The notes below the pieces were generated by a model. The model saw only the letters and a list, made by a program, of their open reading frames with translations, was not told the DNA's origin and made no database searches. Below, one piece after another: positions 57,269 through 64,000 of a stretch of DNA of 64,000 nucleotides (position 1 is the stretch's first letter; each line of letters opens with the position of its first letter). The DNA lies in the NCBI GenBank assembly GCA_019326865.1, contig GCA_019326865.1_4101.1. The stretch is one strand, 5' to 3'. Source of the stretch: a phage. The position numbers and the translations under genes were made by a program.

Positions 57269-57755
57269 TTTTGCAATTAACATTATGAAGTTCATTCGAG
57301 CGTTGGAGGATGGGAAGCTTAGTCATAAGTACAGGAAAGAGGGTAACAATTGGTTCAGAAATGATTCCGAGTTCAGGAGTCATAACATCGTGTATAGCAA
57401 TCAGTACAGTGCTAATTACCTACAAGATGTAGTGATGTGTTTTGAATATGTATTGCAGTTCAGGGGTACAATCCAGAATGAATTAATGGATCACATGTAC
57501 ATCCGATACCTTCCAATGCATAAAGATGAAAATGCATTATTAGGTTCAATATACCAACGAGTAAGGGAAATTGAGTGCAGGGATATATTAGATACAGAAG
57601 AATCGTATTTCCAGCAATCTCTTATTACTGCACCTGATTCATTACAGGCACATAATTTGTTTAATACATTACGTCAGAACATCAGTACAGACATATTTTT
57701 GTCATTATTGGATTATGATACATTTGTCAAAGATTTAGAGGAAATAGGTTTATGA
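57240..57755 (+). CDS. FQxSLV-family protein (EESYFQQSLITAP)
   Basis: Start at MHQHKHH with SD aagg; family motif. Confidence 0.55.
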   Translation: MHQHKHHSYDFAINIMKFIRALEDGKLSHKYRKEGNNWFRNDSEFRSHNIVYSNQYSANYLQDVVMCFEYVLQFRGTIQNELMDHMYIRYLPMHKDENALLGSIYQRVREIECRDILDTEESYFQQSLITAPDSLQAHNLFNTLRQNISTDIFLSLLDYDTFVKDLEEIGL

Positions 57756-58108
57756 GTATATTTTCGGTTTATATAGTAAACGTCCACAACGATGGTAGTT
57801 TAATTGAATTTGATCTAGTTGATAACGATGATAATGCATATGGTATTAAAGTGCAGGGAGATGAAGTGCAGTTCACTACAAGAACAAATTTTGAAAATCC
57901 AGTCCAAGTTCCTAATTTCATAGAAGATGAAGCTGCACGATTCCAATACGAAACGATATACGAGAATGTACATATGCATACTGTTATGCAACAAAGTTTA
58001 GTTCAATTAGTTCCTTTGTTTAAACAAAATATATATGTACATGAATTGTCGATTAATGACGTTCGCAGTTCCGTTTTGTTCGGTTCCAGTGATACCGATG
58101 ATATGTAA
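57752..58108 (+). CDS. FQxSLV-family protein (ARFQYETIY..MQQSLVQL)
   Basis: Family motif, diverged. Confidence 0.55.
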   Translation: MSIFSVYIVNVHNDGSLIEFDLVDNDDNAYGIKVQGDEVQFTTRTNFENPVQVPNFIEDEAARFQYETIYENVHMHTVMQQSLVQLVPLFKQNIYVHELSINDVRSSVLFGSSDTDDM

Positions 58109-58117
58109 GGAAGTGTT

Positions 58118-58666
58118 ATGAGTTTATTAGATACATTAGAAAAAGACCGAAGTGCAATTAAACGATTAAAAAAGCAAATTCAAAAGATTGTATACAACGT
58201 TGATAAGTTTGAGGTTCCTGGGAGAGTAGGTGATATTTCCCATACTGAGATCAAATCCCTTAAGTCAGATTTGTTGTTAAAAAATAAAAATGAGTTGATT
58301 TTAGTTTTGAGTTCAGATATGATGGGGGTAAGATATGGTTTTAATTCAGTATCAGTGCATCCTAAGAGTGAAGGGATATATCTATCACAGGGTTTCAATA
58401 GCAACGAGCAGAAGTGTTTTTACGATGCTGTACATGAACCTTTGAAGTTTACGAGAAGTGAAGCTCAAGCGTTATTAGAGCTATCAGACGAGAGTTTGTT
58501 TCAGTACAGTACAATGTACGACAATGACAAGCTTCGTTGTATGTACGCAGTGAAGCATTATGCACATGAGTTCTCTGGATTTGAATACCTTTTAGTTAGA
58601 ACCAATACAATGTATCTTGATATGTTAGAAGAATACATCGATAAAGTTGTTAATGAGTATCACTAA
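58118..58666 (+). CDS. FQxSLV-family protein (DESLFQYSTMYD)
   Basis: Family motif. Confidence 0.6.
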   Translation: MSLLDTLEKDRSAIKRLKKQIQKIVYNVDKFEVPGRVGDISHTEIKSLKSDLLLKNKNELILVLSSDMMGVRYGFNSVSVHPKSEGIYLSQGFNSNEQKCFYDAVHEPLKFTRSEAQALLELSDESLFQYSTMYDNDKLRCMYAVKHYAHEFSGFEYLLVRTNTMYLDMLEEYIDKVVNEYH

Positions 58667-58827
58667 TGAAAGAGTTATTTGAAGATCAGTTCAATACCTA
58701 TGTGGATAATATTCTTTATTCCAATCGTGCCAGTCAACGAGGAAATCGTGCTTACAATATTGATTACCTATTAGTGGTACTGAGTTCACAGTACACACAC
58801 GCTGTACAGAGGATGTATTATGAATAG
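58666..58827 (+). CDS. hypothetical small protein (53 aa)
   Basis: Gap-filling ORF coupled on both sides. Confidence 0.35.
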   Translation: MKELFEDQFNTYVDNILYSNRASQRGNRAYNIDYLLVVLSSQYTHAVQRMYYE

Positions 58828-59023
58828 TTATCACGATATTGCAAAGGAGAAGTTGGAGTGTAGTTTAGATTACGGTTTAAATAATTTTCTTACATGCACA
58901 ATGTACAGGGATGAAGATTATGAACAATCCGTAATTTCGTTGCATAGATATTTCGAAATAATTTACGCAAGATATCTTAGAAGGTTAGACGGGATAGGGG
59001 ATTGGAATTATGATTACGTTTGA
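58820..59023 (+). CDS. hypothetical small protein
   Basis: ORF. Confidence 0.45.
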   Translation: MNSYHDIAKEKLECSLDYGLNNFLTCTMYRDEDYEQSVISLHRYFEIIYARYLRRLDGIGDWNYDYV

Positions 59024-59264
59024 AGAACCTGAAACAATGAGTCCATATACGATGAAAGGTTTTGAATTCATGATGGATTCGATTTTGAAGAGTTCGTGTT
59101 TAGTACACAATCCTGGATGTGCTACAGTGAGGGAATATCAGGACAATGCATTGCATCGTGTAATGAATATGTACAGGAATACGAGCCGTAAGCTTTGTGC
59201 GATTAAAAGGATTAAAGAAATCAAGGCTTCTAAGATGAATAAAATCAATCCGTGTGATTTTTGA
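59010..59264 (+). CDS. hypothetical small protein
   Basis: ORF. Confidence 0.45.
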   Translation: MITFEEPETMSPYTMKGFEFMMDSILKSSCLVHNPGCATVREYQDNALHRVMNMYRNTSRKLCAIKRIKEIKASKMNKINPCDF

Positions 59265-59300
59265 AATCTTCGTATTCATATATCATAAGGTTTAATAAAA

Positions 59301-60029
59301 ATGAAATATAAAGAATTTTGTATAAAAACATGGATGTACACTGGTGAATTGCTTACGTGCTGTAATTTGTACAAGCGTGATGTAAACTTCACAAAGGACA
59401 AAGTTATCAAGTATGAAAATTCTCAATTTTATTTGATGGATTTTAGTACTGGGTTTCATGGTAAATCAACCGAGATGCTGGATTATACATTAATGGATGA
59501 GGCGGCACTATTTCAAGAATCATTAGTATTTGATAAGAAGTACATCTGTACATTAGAAGAGATGATTGAAATTCAGAATAAAATTAAATGTGTTCACAGG
59601 GAATGTATTGATAAATGGTGTAAAACTGGTGAAACTGATTTTAGTAATCATTTTAATTTAGGAGAAAGAGTGATGGAATTTGATTTTTTAATATCAGTGC
59701 ATACATTCAAGAATACACATCAGTACTTTTGTAATTTAAACAAAGGTGATTTAATGCACAGTGCGAATGAGTATATTCATTTTATGGATGGTAAATTCAC
59801 ATTCATTGATTACAGTTCATTACAATATCCACATCAAGATATGCCGGACTATACAATAATGAATGAGGCTGAACTATTTCAAGCTTCATTAGTATTTGAC
59901 AAGAAGTACATCTGTACATTTGAAGAAGTAATTACTATACAAAATGAAATGAAGGAGTATGCATCTTTGAATAAACCCAATGAAGGTATTAATCAAGAAT
60001 ACAAATTCAATATAGAGATTCCAAAATGA
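59301..60029 (+). CDS. FQxSLV-family protein with internal duplication (two ALFQESLVFDKKYICT units)
   Basis: Two ~30-aa near-identical segments in one ORF. Confidence 0.65.
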   Translation: MKYKEFCIKTWMYTGELLTCCNLYKRDVNFTKDKVIKYENSQFYLMDFSTGFHGKSTEMLDYTLMDEAALFQESLVFDKKYICTLEEMIEIQNKIKCVHRECIDKWCKTGETDFSNHFNLGERVMEFDFLISVHTFKNTHQYFCNLNKGDLMHSANEYIHFMDGKFTFIDYSSLQYPHQDMPDYTIMNEAELFQASLVFDKKYICTFEEVITIQNEMKEYASLNKPNEGINQEYKFNIEIPK

Positions 60030-60385
60030 CATATGATTATTCTATGTACTATTATAAGTTACCTAAAGGATGGGACTTGTGCTGTAATCTTATTAAGGGA
60101 GACTCGGAACATGAGTTGAATTTATATATGCACTACAAAGATTCTTGTTTTAAATTTATTCATGTATCACATGATGACTATGACTATGAATCTGAGAGTC
60201 TTATAGATTATACAGTACTGGACGATGGCGAACTATTTCAGGAAGCATTAGTGTTTGATAAGAATAAGTACTCCTGTACATTTGAAGAAATGGTTTCTTT
60301 GCAAACTGAAATGAAGAGATTTGAAAAAGAAAACGTATTTAATCCATCCCCATCAAGAACGAATAATTATTATTTCAATATATGA
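60026..60385 (+). CDS. FQxSLV-family protein (GELFQEALVFDKNKYSCTFEE)
   Basis: Close paralog of 59301 gene. Confidence 0.65.
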   Translation: MTYDYSMYYYKLPKGWDLCCNLIKGDSEHELNLYMHYKDSCFKFIHVSHDDYDYESESLIDYTVLDDGELFQEALVFDKNKYSCTFEEMVSLQTEMKRFEKENVFNPSPSRTNNYYFNI

Positions 60386-60394
60386 GATTATAAA

Positions 60395-60877
60395 ATGACA
60401 TTACAGAGTTCATTGGAAAAAGCAAAGAAGATTCATGAGTACATGAATATGGCAAAAGAAGGTTCAGTTTACGGTGTTTTCAAAGACACAAGTACTCAAT
60501 ATTATGTGCCGGATAACCTCCTTTATAATGACTACTCAGATACAGAAACGTGCGTACTGGATACCGACCCTAAAGATTATGAATGTTTCATTGATATGCA
60601 TTATGAGTACATGGTCTATATTAATGATGCAGATATTACCATATACAGTACTGACTGCGATTCTGATGACATTATAATTCCTAGTGAAGTTCTGAATGGC
60701 CCGTGGGATAGTGAAGAGTATTACTTCCAACAAAGTACTGTATACAATGAAGAAGTACTTGATGTTATTATAATTATGTGGTACTTTAAAAATATTGGTT
60801 CTGATAACTTCTATTTCGATTACAGATACGTAAAGAAAGCTATAGATAACGATATTAATAAACCACACGGGGGTTGA
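60395..60877 (+). CDS. FQxSLV-family protein, MSLQSALEKAKK subfamily (EEYYFQQSTVYNEEVLD)
   Basis: Subfamily with conserved N- and C-terminal blocks. Confidence 0.65.
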   Translation: MTLQSSLEKAKKIHEYMNMAKEGSVYGVFKDTSTQYYVPDNLLYNDYSDTETCVLDTDPKDYECFIDMHYEYMVYINDADITIYSTDCDSDDIIIPSEVLNGPWDSEEYYFQQSTVYNEEVLDVIIIMWYFKNIGSDNFYFDYRYVKKAIDNDINKPHGG

Positions 60878-60878
60878 A

Positions 60879-61349
60879 ATGAGTTTAGAAAGAGCATTAG
60901 AGATTGCGAAGTTAATTGATTTATGCAGCAAAGAAATTGTATCAAATTGTCTCAATGGATATCTATTCAAGGAAGGTAAATCATATTGTCGAATGAGATA
61001 CGATGACAGTAGTGAGTATATTCACATGTATGAAGAAGACCTTGATGATTCCGAAATAACACTGAATGGGTGTGATGTTAATCTGGAAGATAATTACATT
61101 TACTTCAGTCGTGGTGCTGATATTTTAATACAAGAAACATCAATTCAACATGTGAATCCAGATGTATATCTTCCATATTCAGTACTGGATAATGACTGGG
61201 GAAGTGAAGAGGTTTACTTTCAGCATAATACTATCTACGATGAAGATGTGCTTGACAAGCTTGTCATTCTGTGGTACTTTAAGAACACTGATACTCCCAA
61301 CTTCTATATGGATTTGGATCTACTACGAGTTATAAAAGAGGATATATGA
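60879..61349 (+). CDS. FQxSLV-family protein, same subfamily
   Basis: EEVYFQHNTIYDEDVLD..WYFKN. Confidence 0.65.
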   Translation: MSLERALEIAKLIDLCSKEIVSNCLNGYLFKEGKSYCRMRYDDSSEYIHMYEEDLDDSEITLNGCDVNLEDNYIYFSRGADILIQETSIQHVNPDVYLPYSVLDNDWGSEEVYFQHNTIYDEDVLDKLVILWYFKNTDTPNFYMDLDLLRVIKEDI

Positions 61350-61789
61350 GTTTAGCAAGTGCACTTAAACTGGCACACAAAATACATCACTTCCACGATA
61401 ACATAAAAAGTGGGTTCAATGGTGATAAAGTAAGTGCATTGGGTAATGAGTATTATCTATCAGGTATAAAGACATACTCTGATGATATTTTACTTATGGG
61501 ACATGATAAAGACAATACTATACAGTACTCTTCATGTAGTCAATATACTAGTTTTATGGTATATATTCCAGGTACTAAGATTACGTTTGACACATCAAAT
61601 TCACCTGTTGACTTCGGGGTACTTGATGGCCCGTGGGGTACTGAAGAGTATTACTTCCAACAGAGTCTTATTTTCAACCAAGAAATTCTTGATTCCTTGG
61701 TTGTTTTGTGGTACTTTAAGGAATTGAATTTTGAACCATTCTTTCTTGACTGGGGAGCATGTGAGTATTTAAGTACAGGGGATTTGTAA
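61346..61789 (+). CDS. FQxSLV-family protein, same subfamily
   Basis: EEYYFQQSLIFNQEILD..WYFKE. Confidence 0.65.
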   Translation: MSLASALKLAHKIHHFHDNIKSGFNGDKVSALGNEYYLSGIKTYSDDILLMGHDKDNTIQYSSCSQYTSFMVYIPGTKITFDTSNSPVDFGVLDGPWGTEEYYFQQSLIFNQEILDSLVVLWYFKELNFEPFFLDWGACEYLSTGDL

Positions 61790-62277
61790 TGTCGTTACAA
61801 AGTGCATTAAAAGAAGCAAAGAAAATCCATGAGTACATGATTATGGTACAAGAAGGTTCAGTCCCAGGTGTGTATAAAACATCTGATACTGAATTTTTTG
61901 TAAAAGACCGTGACGATTATGATGAGTCAGAGATATGTGCAGAAACGTTAGTACTGCACACTGATACTGGTGATAGTGATAACTGTGAATATCATATGTA
62001 CAATCAATACATTAGTTATTGCCGTAATGAAGATATTACCATCTACAACACAGATATTGATGCTGATGACACTATCATTCCGTATTCAGTACTGGAAGGT
62101 CCGTGGGATAGTGAAGAGTATTACTTTCAGAATAGTACTATCTACAATGAAGAAGAACTGGATGTTATTGTGATTATGTGGTACTTTAAAAGTATTGACT
62201 CCAGTAGTTTCTATTTTGATTATGAATATGTAGAGAATACAGTAGGAGAAGGTAATGTCATTACAAAGTGCTCTTGA
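61789..62277 (+). CDS. FQxSLV-family protein, same subfamily
   Basis: EEYYFQNSTIYNEEELD..WYFKS. Confidence 0.65.
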   Translation: MSLQSALKEAKKIHEYMIMVQEGSVPGVYKTSDTEFFVKDRDDYDESEICAETLVLHTDTGDSDNCEYHMYNQYISYCRNEDITIYNTDIDADDTIIPYSVLEGPWDSEEYYFQNSTIYNEEELDVIVIMWYFKSIDSSSFYFDYEYVENTVGEGNVITKCS

Positions 62278-62701
62278 AAAAGCAAAAGAACTACATGGAT
62301 ACTTTGAAGATATAAAGGCAGGAAAGTTCAAAGAAGTATACAAAGCCGAGAACGGTAACTACTACAAAGATGAAATATATAATAATTCCGTTGGTGTAAG
62401 GGTTATTCTTGGGTTGAATTCCAATAGTCCTGTGTCGTTTTCTGAATACAATAGAGATGCAGAATTCATTAGTTATGTTGAAAATGGTAGCATTCGTTTT
62501 ATTAATAGACAAAAACCATTAATTTTGAATTATGAAGTTCTGGATGGTCAATGGGATAATGAAGAGTATTACTTCCAAAACAGTACTGTATACGACGATG
62601 AAGTACTTGAAGCATTAGTTATTATGTGGTACTTCAAGAGTATTAACTGTCCTCGATTTTATTTGGATTTCGAAGAACTTGGTAAAGATCCAGAGGTATA
62701 G
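62255..62701 (+). CDS. FQxSLV-family protein, same subfamily
   Basis: EEYYFQNSTVYDDEVLE..WYFKS. Confidence 0.65.
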   Translation: MSLQSALEKAKELHGYFEDIKAGKFKEVYKAENGNYYKDEIYNNSVGVRVILGLNSNSPVSFSEYNRDAEFISYVENGSIRFINRQKPLILNYEVLDGQWDNEEYYFQNSTVYDDEVLEALVIMWYFKSINCPRFYLDFEELGKDPEV

Positions 62702-62702
62702 A

Positions 62703-63017
62703 ATGAAAAACTTATTCAGTGTTCAGTACGTTCCAGGTGAAATTAGTTTATTGTATCTCTTTGACCATGATAATTCATTATTACTAGTAGTAAAGAAATG
62801 TCAAGCTAGTTCGTTTGTTGAATACATTCACGATAATGAATATATACCTGATTTTTTAGAGTGCGATTATTACGATGATCATGAATCATTTATTTTTCAG
62901 GAATCGCTAGTATGGGACAAATCGATTAACTTCTTTACGTTAATTGAATTACAAAAGCAAGTGAAGTATCATTGGGATTATTTAATTACACAGGATTACA
63001 TTGAGATAGAAATATAA
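62703..63017 (+). CDS. FQxSLV-family protein (ESFIFQESLVWD)
   Basis: Start at MKNLFSV with SD gagg. Confidence 0.55.
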   Translation: MKNLFSVQYVPGEISLLYLFDHDNSLLLVVKKCQASSFVEYIHDNEYIPDFLECDYYDDHESFIFQESLVWDKSINFFTLIELQKQVKYHWDYLITQDYIEIEI

Positions 63018-63325
63018 TGACTAAAAATGAATTTGATTCACTTTGTACTGTTTATAATTCATTAACAGAAATACCTAACTTTATTAGTTATATTTCAGCT
63101 TTAAATCACATTATGCATAGTTTTGAACAATCGTTTGAGGAGAAATATGCTGGAAGAAAAGTTCTATGTCATATGCCAATGTACTTAGGAGATGGTGAGC
63201 CTTACACTACAAGTACTACATGTGAAATAAAAAAATATAATATATTATTGGGTACTATAGAATTCACAGTATCCAATGGCGGTAGTTATATGTACTTTAG
63301 AGATGGAGTGGTTGAATTATTATGA
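63017..63325 (+). CDS. hypothetical protein
   Basis: ORF. Confidence 0.45.
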   Translation: MTKNEFDSLCTVYNSLTEIPNFISYISALNHIMHSFEQSFEEKYAGRKVLCHMPMYLGDGEPYTTSTTCEIKKYNILLGTIEFTVSNGGSYMYFRDGVVELL

Positions 63326-63771
63326 GTTACGAAAGTGCAATCAAGAAAGCAAATGATATTCTACGCGTCGTTCAATTCTTCAAAGAAAATCCTGAATACG
63401 TAGATGATAAAAACCAAGAGCACGATGAGAGATTGAGACGAAAAATTATCTCTTTATTTGACACTAATAAAGATAATTGGAGTCTAATTGAGTTAGCATA
63501 CGATTATATTTCATTGAACCGAAATGATGATGTAGTTAAGATAGAAAGGCATGAATCAGAAGAATCTTTTAAAATTTCAGATATTTTATCCCTGAGTACT
63601 GAAGAAGGGTACTTCCAGGGTAGCACTCTTTATAATGAAGAAACACTTGACAATCTATGCACATTCAGTGTAATATATCAGAAATCTGTACTAGATATAT
63701 TTTATCTTGACACTGCTGAACTGCATACCCTAACCAATTTTGTTACTACCGAAGAGGCTACATTCGAGTGA
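63322..63771 (+). CDS. FQxSLV-family protein (EEGYFQGSTLYNEETLD)
   Basis: Family motif. Confidence 0.6.
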   Translation: MSYESAIKKANDILRVVQFFKENPEYVDDKNQEHDERLRRKIISLFDTNKDNWSLIELAYDYISLNRNDDVVKIERHESEESFKISDILSLSTEEGYFQGSTLYNEETLDNLCTFSVIYQKSVLDIFYLDTAELHTLTNFVTTEEATFE

Positions 63772-64000
63772 TGAAAGTTAACATTAATGACTTTGATGCA
63801 TTACAAGATTTATCAAAAAAGATTCGCACCATCGTACCAGTACTTAAAAAATGCAGTACTGGTTTAATCGATCCTAGTTCTGTTGTCAATGAGAAGTACA
63901 ATTTTCATCGTGTATTACAGGGGACAGGTGCATTTCAGAAGTGTGAGGTACGTGAGAAACATGTAATTGATACATCGTTGTTTTCTATTGGTGCACCTGT
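63771..64000 (+). CDS. hypothetical protein, 5' partial (runs off window)
   Basis: ATG overlapping upstream stop; ORF open to end. Confidence 0.4.
   Translation, partial: MKVNINDFDALQDLSKKIRTIVPVLKKCSTGLIDPSSVVNEKYNFHRVLQGTGAFQKCEVREKHVIDTSLFSIGAP

Noticed and set aside
60700-60730. EEYYFQ(Q/N/G)S motif resembling the potyviral NIa (TEV) protease site ENLYFQ(G/S)
   Set aside because: Probably coincidental; no protease gene recognised in the window, and the motif sits in a conserved structural block, not a linker.

Overview
AT-rich, densely packed dsDNA phage window. The only confident homolog is a T4 endonuclease V (denV)-type pyrimidine-dimer glycosylase; T4-type affiliation is an inference from that plus the cassette organisation, not from core structural genes. 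1-14.9 kb (+ strand): hypothetical genes, two clusters of small multi-TM membrane paralogs, a DUF262-like/HNH nuclease pair linked by a -1 slippery heptamer, an amino-methyltransferase, denV and a P-loop ATPase, punctuated by hairpins that double as terminator and promoter. 14.9-21.2 kb (- strand): five tandem RCC1-repeat-like paralogs sharing a conserved upstream/N-terminal cassette. 21.2-24.7 kb: about 15 tandem small paralogs. 24.7-26.7 kb: ~2 kb with no convincing ORF, full of repeats and CAGTACTG palindromes. 26.7-45.2 kb: roughly 50 small genes, most with their own sigma70-like promoter and a GGGGAA..TTCCCC leader stem-loop (PeSL-like cassettes). 45.4-63.8 kb: an ~18 kb hyper-expanded array of translationally coupled paralogs, about 29 GTNYQ-motif genes then about 20 FQxSLV-motif genes, which is the most unusual feature. 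No rRNA, tRNA or CRISPR recognised. All calls are by eye from sequence and the ORF track; no searches were run.
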